64,000 bases of DNA, taken from assembly GCA_017634675.1 (NCBI GenBank), contig JAGBMX010000137.1, positions 58,118 through 122,117 on the forward strand, read 5' to 3'. The translations under genes and the position numbers were made by a program. This document shows positions 9,050 to 17,086 of the stretch, one piece after another. The notes under the pieces were generated by a model, which did not search any database, had not been told where the DNA came from, and was given only the letters and a program-made list of their open reading frames with translations. The number at the start of each line of letters is the position of its first letter. Positions within the stretch are counted from its first letter, which is position 1. The DNA is from Selenomonadaceae bacterium (GTDB lineage: Bacteria; Bacillota; Negativicutes; Selenomonadales; Selenomonadaceae).

Positions 9050-9793
9050 CTATATGCGTACTTCAAAACGACCGCCTTCCTTGGGAGGCTCTTGTTTTGG
9101 CGATATACTTGCGCTTTCTTTGGATTTTTTTTGTATCTGGGCTTGATAATCTCTTATTGCTTTTTTTTGAGGAACAGCAGATATATTTGAAGAAGGCATT
9201 TCAGCCGGTTCAGCCGCAAGGGAAGATAAATCTCTTTTGGAGAACCCTTGTGTATCCGATTGTTCCCTTATGAGAAATTTCTTTGCGAGGTAAACCAAAA
9301 GCGCCAATACGGCGGCAATCGTAAACCCCCAATACAGCGCGCTGTGCCCGCTATCGGAATTATGCAACCTAAAAGGAGGGGATGTTGTCGCCGCTTGCTG
9401 AGTTTCACCGCTATGCTCGTCCGGGAAAGTTTCTTTTACATTCACTCGATTTTCATTTCTGATATCTGACGCTTGAATTTGATTATTTTGTGGTTCGGCT
9501 GGGGTTTCTCTCGTATTTTTAGTGTTTTGAGACGGCTTTTCAGTTGAATTTTTGTTATTGTTTTCACCTGCCCGTTGACTCTCCTCGGGAGTTGACGTTG
9601 TAGTTTTAGAAAGAGGCCCCGAACCGTGAGCCACGGCATCCTTGGCTTTTTGTTCGTTTATGCTGTCGGTTGAAGTCGGACCGTAACTTTTAGGGCGCGG
9701 CATATCGGTTACGCTGCCACCGCCTTCAAGCACTACCCGCGGCGGCGTGGGAGGGGTAGGCGGCGTAGGAGGAGTAGGGAAGTTAAGCGCCAT
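9050..9793 (-). CDS. proline/threonine-rich, largely disordered single-pass membrane protein
   Basis: N-terminal PTPPTPPTPPTPP repeat and one hydrophobic helix (ALYWGFTIAAVLALLVYLA). The start overlaps the upstream stop (TAATG). Confidence 0.5.
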   Translation of the reverse strand: MALNFPTPPTPPTPPTPPRVVLEGGGSVTDMPRPKSYGPTSTDSINEQKAKDAVAHGSGPLSKTTTSTPEESQRAGENNNKNSTEKPSQNTKNTRETPAEPQNNQIQASDIRNENRVNVKETFPDEHSGETQQAATTSPPFRLHNSDSGHSALYWGFTIAAVLALLVYLAKKFLIREQSDTQGFSKRDLSSLAAEPAEMPSSNISAVPQKKAIRDYQAQIQKKSKESASISPKQEPPKEGGRFEVRI

Positions 9794-10758
9794 TAATTTG
9801 CATCTCCGAAAAGCAAGTAAGAAGTTGCCAAGCTATAGATACCTTCGCCGTAATCTTCGCGAATATCCGGACGTATCAAAAGATTCGGCAAAAATTTTAT
9901 AGATACTTCCTTAGAGGCAAGTTCAATAATTTTTTGTTTATCGTTTTCTCGTAACTTTTCGTTATAAAATATAACTCCGTGTGGATTCCAAAGCTGCGTT
10001 AAAATAACCAGGGTTTTTGCCGCATTTTCGATTGAATCACTAATGCTTAAATCGTTTCCCAAAGCTCCGGCAAAACCGTCGCGCCCTTTGTAGAGTTTGC
10101 CCTTTAGAAGTATTCCGCATCTTGGACTTTCCGATTTTTCCCAAGACACGCCTATAAGAGTTTCGCTTTCCGCAACTTTTCCGAAGAGTTTACCTGCGCC
10201 GTGTGTCGCCGCATGAATATCTCTAAAAAGGGTTACAGGTCGATTTATCTTAGAGAATAAAAGACTCGAAAGTGCTTCTCCTTTTAAAGCAGGATAGACG
10301 TTAGTTTCAAAGTTGCCCGCTATCTCCTCGCCGTCAAGTCCTAAGAGTATCGTTGTTATTTGAGGATATTTTTCAATGAAAGATTCAAATTCTTTTTGTA
10401 AAAATTCCGGTGTGACGTTATCGGTAATTGCCTCGCTACCCGTTATAACTTCGCCGAATAAATTTAATACAAACGAGGTAAGTTTAAAATTATTTCCTTC
10501 GCTCCAAATATAAGCTCCTAAAGCCAGTCGTTTTTCCGCAACAAAACGGTATTGTCTGGCAGGTCTTCCGCCGATTGTTACCGTATCTGTTATAAGTTCG
10601 GCGTCTCCACGTTTGATAAGAGCATCTAAATGAGCGTTGATTGTGACGACGCTAAGTCCGGTTTCTTTTGCAAGATTTGGTTTTGAAGTTACTTTAAGAC
10701 GCCTTAAGGCGTCAAGGGTAATTTCGAGATTTTTCGCCCGCATATCTTTCTTATCCAT
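9793..10758 (-). CDS. ROK-family-like transcriptional regulator (wHTH + sugar-kinase-like fold)
   Basis: The N-terminal wHTH-like segment (LAKETGLSVVTINAHLDALIKRG) is followed by an actin-like ATPase-type region. The assignment is by general resemblance only. Confidence 0.55.
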   Translation of the reverse strand: MDKKDMRAKNLEITLDALRRLKVTSKPNLAKETGLSVVTINAHLDALIKRGDAELITDTVTIGGRPARQYRFVAEKRLALGAYIWSEGNNFKLTSFVLNLFGEVITGSEAITDNVTPEFLQKEFESFIEKYPQITTILLGLDGEEIAGNFETNVYPALKGEALSSLLFSKINRPVTLFRDIHAATHGAGKLFGKVAESETLIGVSWEKSESPRCGILLKGKLYKGRDGFAGALGNDLSISDSIENAAKTLVILTQLWNPHGVIFYNEKLRENDKQKIIELASKEVSIKFLPNLLIRPDIREDYGEGIYSLATSYLLFGDAN

Positions 10759-10898
10759 ACAGCATCCCCTTTAGGGTAGAAATTACTTTATAAAGCTATG
10801 TTCTGATTGTACAAGATGAACCCAAAATTGTCAAGCTAAGCTAGAGAATTCACGCTAATTAGGTTAAAATTAATTTTATTTTGGATGGAGGAATTTTT

Positions 10899-11507
10899 AT
10901 GAAAAAGGGAACTACTTATGGTTACATTCGAGTGTCAACCGTTATGCAACATGATGACCGTCAAAGAGTCGCTATGAGGGAATTTGGCGTTGAATCTAAA
11001 TTTATATTTGCTGATAAACAAAGCGGCAAAGATTTTAATCGTCCGGCATATAAAAAACTAATGAAAAAACTCTCCGCCGGAGATGTTTTGGTGATTCAAA
11101 GCTTAGATAGGCTTGGTCGGGATTATAACGATATTTTGGAGCAATGGCGTATTATTACCAAGAAAAAACGAGCTTACATCGTAGTCTTAAATATGCCTAT
11201 TTTGGATACGAGAGTAAAAATAGCCGGTGATCTCACAGGTACTCTTATCTCTGATCTTGTACTCCAACTTCTTTCTTATGTGGCGCAGATGGAACGGGAG
11301 ATGAATCTTAGGCGCACGCTGGAGGGAATAGCGGCGGCGAAGGCGAGAGGTGTAAAGTTTGGACGAAGACCCATGGAACGCCCGAAAATTTATGAGACGA
11401 TTCGCCTGCGTTGGGAAGCCGGCGAATTATCGGCGCGTGAAGCTGCAAAACACATAGGAATAGCGCCTTCTACTTTTAGACGATGGGTGAAAACAGGCGA
11501 GCGATAA
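10899..11507 (+). CDS. serine recombinase (resolvase/invertase family)
   Basis: YGYIRVSTVMQHDDRQ (catalytic Ser), LVIQSLDRLGRDY, and a C-terminal HTH (AAKHIGIAPSTFRRW). GGAGG RBS precedes ATG 10899. Confidence 0.9.
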   Translation: MKKGTTYGYIRVSTVMQHDDRQRVAMREFGVESKFIFADKQSGKDFNRPAYKKLMKKLSAGDVLVIQSLDRLGRDYNDILEQWRIITKKKRAYIVVLNMPILDTRVKIAGDLTGTLISDLVLQLLSYVAQMEREMNLRRTLEGIAAAKARGVKFGRRPMERPKIYETIRLRWEAGELSAREAAKHIGIAPSTFRRWVKTGER

Positions 11508-11519
11508 ACCATGGTTTAT
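11504..11519. repeat. perfect 16-bp palindrome ATAAACCATGGTTTAT overlapping the recombinase stop codon
   Basis: Read directly. A second copy of GCGATAAACCATGG lies at 11595-11608. Confidence 0.8.
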
Positions 11520-11652
11520 GACCCGGCAATAAATAAAAAAAAATGGCAGGAAATTTGCGTTTTTTAGCGAAAATAATTTGTATAAAGTAGGTGGGCGATA
11601 AACCATGGGTTGCCGCCCACCCTGAATCGTAGAGTCTAAAGGAGCGGTTAAC

Positions 11653-12606
11653 ATGGCAAAAGAATTGCGTATGGAAAGAAAAGTTGTATTTACAGAGCGT
11701 CCTCCATTTCCTGAAAATATGCTTGTAGAACTTACTAACAAATGTAACCATCAATGTATTTTCTGTCACTATCGTCTTATGAGCCGTAAAAAAGCGGATT
11801 GTAATCGAGAATTTACCTTTGATATCATAAAACAAGCCTATGACAACGGTACGCGCGAGATTGGGTTTTATATGATAGGCGAGCCTTTTTTGAAGCGGGA
11901 TTTGGAGGAATACATTGCTTACGCCCATAATCTTGGTTTTACATACATTTATCTAACCACCAACGGCGCTTTGGCTACCTTAGAGCGCACCGTTAAATGT
12001 ATTGAGGCGGGATTAAACAGTATCAAATTCTCCATAAACGCCGCCACTACTGAGCATTACATACAAATACACGGGCACGACGATTATGAAACTGTAAAAA
12101 CAAATGTTCGCAATCTTAGCGAATATGTAAGAAAAAATAATATAGATCTTTCAATGTTTATCACTTTCGTAAAAACTAATATTACGTTAGATGATTTTGA
12201 TTTGTTGCTGGCGGATTTTTCATCCTTTGTTGACAAAATATACGAATGCGACTGCAACTCTCAAGGAACGCCTATAATCGAATTGATCAATAACGGTATT
12301 GTAAATCCTTTAATATACTTAAAAGAAAACCAAGAGCTATGCCAGATGGTTTTTAATCGCTTACATATAACTAGCGAAGGTTATTTAAACGCCTGTTGCG
12401 CAGATGCTGAAGGGCTTTTGAGCGCCGTTGATTTGCATGAAGTTTCACTAAAGGAAGCTTGGCATTCGGATATTATGGTTAATTTGCGTCGGCAATTTCT
12501 TAACAATACACTTAGTAAAGATGTTCTTTGCTATAACTGCTTACATAAAGAGCAACATAAGGTAAAGCCCTTAAACGAAGCGCTTTGGTCATCGAATGGA
12601 CGCTAA
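11653..12606 (+). CDS. radical SAM enzyme with C-terminal SPASM/twitch-like Cys cluster
   Basis: CNHQCIFC (CX3CX2C) lies near the N-terminus. The C-terminal Cys-rich region contains CDCNSQG, GYLNACCADAEG and CYNCLH. Confidence 0.85.
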   Translation: MAKELRMERKVVFTERPPFPENMLVELTNKCNHQCIFCHYRLMSRKKADCNREFTFDIIKQAYDNGTREIGFYMIGEPFLKRDLEEYIAYAHNLGFTYIYLTTNGALATLERTVKCIEAGLNSIKFSINAATTEHYIQIHGHDDYETVKTNVRNLSEYVRKNNIDLSMFITFVKTNITLDDFDLLLADFSSFVDKIYECDCNSQGTPIIELINNGIVNPLIYLKENQELCQMVFNRLHITSEGYLNACCADAEGLLSAVDLHEVSLKEAWHSDIMVNLRRQFLNNTLSKDVLCYNCLHKEQHKVKPLNEALWSSNGR

Positions 12607-12615
12607 TTATAAAAA

Positions 12616-14634
12616 ATGAGTCGTAATGTAGGAGGTTTACTGAAATTGAAAGAGTATAATATTGAAATACCGAAGTTTACAGCGCTTGAGAAAAAGCTTC
12701 AACAAGAGTCTGACTTTTTTAACTATATGAAGCTCTTGACAGAGGTTTTAACCCAGTATGTACTTATAATTACCGTTAGCGACACGCCTTCAGGTCCTAT
12801 GTTTACATCTGCTCATGCAAACGCTATGATGAGCGCACTTGGACTTGAAATGAATATGATGAATGCTTTTCGTATGCCTTATGTAGCAGTTATAGATCAT
12901 GGTAAGCTTGCGTATGAAAGCACGTCAAAAGGACGTGAGGAGCCTGTAATTGTGAATGGCAATTTAGGAGAACATACTCTTAGTATATATAGCGGAGGCC
13001 TTGACTGTAATCTTAATTTGGGGTTTGGATGTAATGCGCTAATCACCATAGATGGTACACATTATTTTGGAGACTTGGGATATAATTTTTTTCTATATAA
13101 CGTTAAAGATGACTATATTGCTGATATGTGCGTCTACGGAGCTTGGTATAATAGTGATGAACGTACGTTACACAGACCAACTTCCATTATAAAAGAGTTT
13201 ATCGCAAATTTAAATACCGGGGGGGGTATGCTTTGCTTTATGCATACACCTGTATTTACACCTTTATCAATGCGTTCAGAGCAGGAGAATCTTATTATTA
13301 ATTCAAAGTTTGGTTATAACATGATGTCTGATAAAAATGTTTTACAAAATATATGGAATAATAAAATTTTTCACTTCGTAAATGACTTTGACACCGAAGA
13401 AGATTTGCTCGAAGCTATAACGCCTCCAGACGCTTATGAGGATATTGATGGAATAATGAAGTTCAAAGACCATAAATCAAATGCGGTAAATACAAAAAAT
13501 GGAATACGGGTAACGACGGATCAACCGCAAAATCCCCAAAGAGCCATATATATTTTTGGTCCTTGCACAACTTTTGGAATAGGCGCAAAAGATAGTTATA
13601 CGATAGCGTCGTGTTTGCAGAGAAAATTAAACGAGTATTTGCCGGAGGAAAAATTCATAGTATATAATTATGGATTTTATATAAATGGCATAGGTGACGC
13701 TCAAGAACGACTCATAGCGATAATGAAATCATTGCCGATACAAAAAAACGATATTATTTTATTTGCGCAAAACGCTCCTTTTTACGGTATCCCATTTTGT
13801 GACTTAACCGAAAAATCAAAACGACCACATAATTACGGCGATATTTTTTTGGATAGCGGACATTTTACAGCTAACGGTAATCGTATGATAGCCGACGGTA
13901 TTTTTGATTTTTTAAAAAAATATGATTTTTTCAAAGATACGAAAATGAACATTACCAATGCTGGAGATTTAGGCGAAATAACTATTTTTGAAAATCACGA
14001 GAACGAACTTTTGACGATGTATAAATGTAAACTTAAAAATTTTTTCAAAACAAATATCTCTCCAAAAGTCGGTGCAATTGTTATGAACGCAAACCCTTTT
14101 ACATACGGACATCGCGCCTTGGTGGACGAAGCTTTGAAAAAATGCGATTACTTGATAGTTTTTGTCGTTGAAGAGGATAAATCCGATATACCTTTTAAAG
14201 ATAGGATTATGCTTGTAAGAGAAAATCTAAAAACGGAGTCCCGAGTTTTTATAATGCCTAGCGGAGAATTTATAATTTCCGGCAAGACTTTTAGCGAATA
14301 TTTCAGAAAAGAGAGTTTACAAGAGCAAAAAATAGATACTTCAAAAGATGTAATTCTTTTCGCAAAAGAAATTGCGCCATGCCTTAACATAAGCATTCGT
14401 TTTGCCGGCGAAGAGCCTACTGACAAAATTACGAGGCAATATAATGAGGATATGGCAAAAATTTTGCCTATGTATGGCATTGAGTTTATGGAGATAAAGC
14501 GAAAGATTACCGATGAAGGGGAAGTAATAAGCGCATCTACGGTAAGGAAACTTGTTAGAGCGTGCGAGTATGAGAAGTTAGAAACACTTGTTCCTCCCGT
14601 TACATTTGAGTATTTAAAGAGAAAATATTTGTAG
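12616..14634 (+). CDS. large multidomain protein: unknown N-terminal region, SGNH-like middle region, C-terminal CitC-type (citrate-lyase-ligase-like) adenylyltransferase domain
   Basis: The C-terminus has GAIVMNANPFTYGHRALVDEALKKCDYLIVFVVEEDKSDIPFKDR (NPFTxGH nucleotidyltransferase motif as in CitC). The middle has IYIFGPCTTFG ... DSGHFTANGNRMIA (SGNH block I/V-like, with Cys in place of Ser). An in-frame G8 sits at 13219-13226. An alternative TTG start at 12646 has an AGGAGG RBS. Confidence 0.7.
   Translation: MSRNVGGLLKLKEYNIEIPKFTALEKKLQQESDFFNYMKLLTEVLTQYVLIITVSDTPSGPMFTSAHANAMMSALGLEMNMMNAFRMPYVAVIDHGKLAYESTSKGREEPVIVNGNLGEHTLSIYSGGLDCNLNLGFGCNALITIDGTHYFGDLGYNFFLYNVKDDYIADMCVYGAWYNSDERTLHRPTSIIKEFIANLNTGGGMLCFMHTPVFTPLSMRSEQENLIINSKFGYNMMSDKNVLQNIWNNKIFHFVNDFDTEEDLLEAITPPDAYEDIDGIMKFKDHKSNAVNTKNGIRVTTDQPQNPQRAIYIFGPCTTFGIGAKDSYTIASCLQRKLNEYLPEEKFIVYNYGFYINGIGDAQERLIAIMKSLPIQKNDIILFAQNAPFYGIPFCDLTEKSKRPHNYGDIFLDSGHFTANGNRMIADGIFDFLKKYDFFKDTKMNITNAGDLGEITIFENHENELLTMYKCKLKNFFKTNISPKVGAIVMNANPFTYGHRALVDEALKKCDYLIVFVVEEDKSDIPFKDRIMLVRENLKTESRVFIMPSGEFIISGKTFSEYFRKESLQEQKIDTSKDVILFAKEIAPCLNISIRFAGEEPTDKITRQYNEDMAKILPMYGIEFMEIKRKITDEGEVISASTVRKLVRACEYEKLETLVPPVTFEYLKRKYL
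13219..13226 (+). repeat. poly-G tract, G8 (in frame, in the 672-aa gene)
   Basis: Counted directly from the sequence. Confidence 0.95.
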
Positions 14635-14664
14635 TGGATGATTATTAACAAAAATTAATTTTTG

Positions 14665-14891
14665 CCTGTCTGTAGACTTATTGTCGTTGTTTCCAATTTA
14701 AGAGGATACTCCCCCCGCCCCCCCTCTAGGAGGGGGGCTTTTATGTGGTTCATTCTTAGATAAGTGCCACAAAAGCAACAGTCAGAGAGCCTCCCTCTCA
14801 GAGGAAGGTGCCCGAAGAGCGGAGGGGTCGACCATGAAGAGCGCTATTTTTATTTTTGTACTACATGTGAATAGTAACAATACTTATTGTA
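14665..14891 (+). repeat. MITE-like element, family H, copy A (approximate ends)
   Basis: Shares the core CAGAGAGCCTCCC...GGTGCCCGAAG.GC.GAGGGGT.GACCATGAAGAGC and GTGAATAGTAAC with copies at 17949-18212 and, inverted, 44730-44965. Confidence 0.65.
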
Positions 14892-14923
14892 CAGACTGTA
14901 GACTTATTAAAAATAATTTTAAA

Positions 14924-15002
14924 ATGGGGGTCCAGAGGGGCGAAGCTCCTTTGGCGGGTCAAGGGCAGCGCCCTTGTGGGGTTTGGGGCAAAGCCCCAAA
15001 AA
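14924..15002 (-). repeat. GC-rich triple-hairpin repeat, family G, copy 1 (inverted)
   Basis: The reverse complement aligns with 48388-48466 and 49682-49761. Confidence 0.75.
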
Positions 15003-15080
15003 CTTCATTTTTCGACAGTCTGAACAATACTTATTGTAATTTCATTGTTTTGTCGATAATCTGCATTTTTTCAAAAATTA

Positions 15081-15108
15081 TGTAACACTTTTCATTTTCA
15101 GGCGTATA
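15081..15108 (+). promoter_or_regulatory. ECF-type promoter of P1: TGTAAC-N16-CGTATA
   Basis: TGTAAC at 15081-15086, a 16-nt spacer, and CGTATAAAG starting at 15103. It is part of a roughly 100-bp module repeated at P2 and P9. Confidence 0.6.
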
Positions 15109-15167
15109 AAGATACAGAAAGAAAAAAATAAAAGCCTTTAGGCAAACAATTTGAAAGGATGATTGTA

Positions 15168-15500
15168 ATGAAACTTAATAAGGAAAACAAACTAAGCAAT
15201 GATGAACTTGAACAGGTAGCCGGAGGTCATTGTGGGAATAGTTATAAAGATATGCAGCGAGCGTACGACAGGCAAATGCCGGGCTTTGAAAACATGGATC
15301 CCTCAAATATAGCTACGATGGTATATTGCCTCAAAAACTGGGATAAAGTGGTGGGAGAGCTAAAAAATATGTTCGCCCAATACGGAATCGAAATGACTTA
15401 CAAAAGCGACCCCTTAGAAGACAATCTTTATATGTACCAAGGCAGGCGGATTACCGACGGTCAAGCGTGGCAAATCCTCGACAGCCAAAGAAACCCCTGA
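15168..15500 (+). CDS. GG-leader cargo protein P1 (subfamily A)
   Basis: MKLNKENKLSNDELEQVAGG leader, then a 90-aa hydrophilic domain (HCGNSYKDM...YMYQGRRITDGQAWQILDSQRNP). RBS GAAAGGA and an ECF-type promoter lie upstream. Confidence 0.8.
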   Translation: MKLNKENKLSNDELEQVAGGHCGNSYKDMQRAYDRQMPGFENMDPSNIATMVYCLKNWDKVVGELKNMFAQYGIEMTYKSDPLEDNLYMYQGRRITDGQAWQILDSQRNP

Positions 15501-15542
15501 TTCCCATGAGTATCACGCTCATTAAAATTTTTTCAAAAATTA

Positions 15543-15570
15543 TGTAACACTTTTCATTTTCAATCGTATA
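15543..15570 (+). promoter_or_regulatory. ECF-type promoter of P2: TGTAAC-N16-CGTATA
   Basis: Same motif and spacing as for P1. Confidence 0.6.
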
Positions 15571-15629
15571 AAGATACAGAAAGAAAAAAATAAAAGCCTT
15601 TAGGCAAACAATTTGAAAGGATGATTGTA

Positions 15630-15974
15630 ATGAAACTTAATAAGGAAAACAAACTAAGCAGTGAGGAACTTGAGCAGGTAGTCGGAGGAAACGCTGGCGA
15701 AACTGCGCTTGAATCGGAATTTTTGCGAGACCTTGGATATAATATTCAAGAAATGGGTTTCTTTCACATGGAGCTTAATTGGGAAGAAGGGTCGGCTAAA
15801 GTCAGGGATGGATGGGCGCATTTCGGCGTAGATTGTCATACCGCCAGGTCGGTAAAAAACGAATATTACATCGACGGCAAGAGAGTTTCCAGGCGCCAGG
15901 CATTTCAGCATGCGGCATATAAAGCCGGAAAACCGTGGATCTATGATGATGATTATTCTAAATGCGCACTCTGA
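15630..15974 (+). CDS. GG-leader cargo protein P2 (subfamily B, divergent)
   Basis: MKLNKENKLSSEELEQVVGG leader. The 5' module is near-identical to P1. The core has ESEFLRDLGYN...GWAHFGVD...NEYYIDGKRVSRRQAFQHA. Confidence 0.8.
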   Translation: MKLNKENKLSSEELEQVVGGNAGETALESEFLRDLGYNIQEMGFFHMELNWEEGSAKVRDGWAHFGVDCHTARSVKNEYYIDGKRVSRRQAFQHAAYKAGKPWIYDDDYSKCAL

Positions 15975-16035
15975 TATAAAATGATAGGTTTACCCCCGAA
16001 ACATACGAAAAGAGATTTTTTCAAAAATTATGTAA

Positions 16036-16124
16036 GGCAACCTCTAAAAATTGCCTAATTTCCTTGATGTCTCCCCGCCCCTTCGGGGCGGGGAGACATC
16101 AAAAATAAGTTTTTAGAAGTGCCC
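16036..16124 (+). repeat. repeat element, family K, copy 1 (inserted in the P3 promoter module)
   Basis: Aligns along its length with 21923-22010. It contains the hairpin GATGTCTCCCCGCCCC-TTCG-GGGCGGGGAGACATC. Confidence 0.7.
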
Positions 16125-16151
16125 GTAACAATTTCCGTTTTCAGTCGTATA
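16124..16151 (+). promoter_or_regulatory. ECF-type promoter of P3-P4: CGTAAC-N16-CGTATA
   Basis: Same spacing. The -35 element abuts an inserted repeat element (16036-16124). Confidence 0.55.
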
Positions 16152-16203
16152 AAAATACAGAAATAAAACGTCTGAGGGCGAACGACACGAAAGGATGATT
16201 GTA

Positions 16204-16560
16204 ATGCAACTCGATAAAGAACACAAACTGAACGATGAGGAACTTGAGCAAGTATCGGGAGGATGCGACTATGAAACATCCGATGACAGCAAATTTTTGA
16301 ATGTTTTGCTCAGTGGAACCGATTATCATCGTTGCGATCGCTACGGCAAATTTAAAATTTTTTGGGGGAGCAGCAAACGTTACGGTCCATGTGAAGATAT
16401 CGAGAATTCTTGGAGGGTGCTTGGCATTGAGATGGTCCCTTACGCCTCTGATCGTAATGAATACTGGATGAACGGCAAACTACTTACGAGGGGCGAGGCT
16501 TGGGCCCATGCGGAGAAATTAGTGGGCAAGCACTTGGAACGCGCAGATTGGGACTGGTAA
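16204..16560 (+). CDS. GG-leader cargo protein P3 (subfamily B)
   Basis: MQLDKEHKLNDEELEQVSGG leader. The core has DDSKFLNVLL...RYG...WRVLGIEM...NEYWMNGKLLTRGEAWAHAEKLVGKHLERADWDW. Confidence 0.8.
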   Translation: MQLDKEHKLNDEELEQVSGGCDYETSDDSKFLNVLLSGTDYHRCDRYGKFKIFWGSSKRYGPCEDIENSWRVLGIEMVPYASDRNEYWMNGKLLTRGEAWAHAEKLVGKHLERADWDW

Positions 16561-16604
16561 CGTAAAAAGAAAAAAAGAACGTCTAAGAAAGGATAGTGAT
16601 TTAA

Positions 16605-16937
16605 ATGCCGAATTTTGAATATGCAAAACTCACCGATGATGAACTTGAGCAGGTAGCCGGAGGTCATTGCGGGGATAGTTATAAAGATATGCGTCAAGCG
16701 TACGAGAGGAAAATGCCGGGCTTTGAAAAACTGGATCCCGAGAGCCTGGATACGATGGTGTATTGTTTAAAAAACTGGGATAAAGTGGTGGGAGATCTAA
16801 AAAATATGTTCGCCCAATACGGAATCGAAATGACTTACAAAAGCGACCCATTAGAAGACAATCTCTATATGTACCAAGGCAGGCGCATTACTAACGGTCA
16901 AGCGTGGCAAATCCTCGACAGCCAAAGAAACCCCTGA
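16605..16937 (+). CDS. GG-leader cargo protein P4 (subfamily A; close paralogue of P1)
   Basis: MPNFEYAKLTDDELEQVAGG leader. By hand count the core differs from P1 at about 13 of 90 positions. It starts 44 nt after P3, so it is probably co-transcribed. Confidence 0.8.
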   Translation: MPNFEYAKLTDDELEQVAGGHCGDSYKDMRQAYERKMPGFEKLDPESLDTMVYCLKNWDKVVGDLKNMFAQYGIEMTYKSDPLEDNLYMYQGRRITNGQAWQILDSQRNP

Positions 16938-16998
16938 TTTCCATGAGTATGGTAGGTTTATCACTCAAACATACGAAAGAAAATTTTTAAAAAAAACA

Positions 16999-17026
16999 TG
17001 CAACATTTTTTGTTTTTTCTGAATAT
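16999..17026 (+). promoter_or_regulatory. ECF-type promoter of P5-P6: TGCAAC-N16-GAATAT
   Basis: Variant of the same motif, followed by the conserved AAAGCCTTTAGGCAA 5'-UTR box. Confidence 0.5.
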
Positions 17027-17086
17027 AAAGTACAGCAAGAATGAACGAAAGCCTTTAGGCAATGAGAAATCAAGGAGATGTTGAAA

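Noticed and set aside
14834-15085. 83-aa ORF between the 672-aa gene and P1. The same applies to the 73-aa ORF at 18002..18223.
   Set aside because: Both lie entirely within family H/G repeat elements and lack an RBS. Their sequences (for example GVQRGEAPLAGQGQRPCGVWGKAPK) are translations of hairpin repeats.
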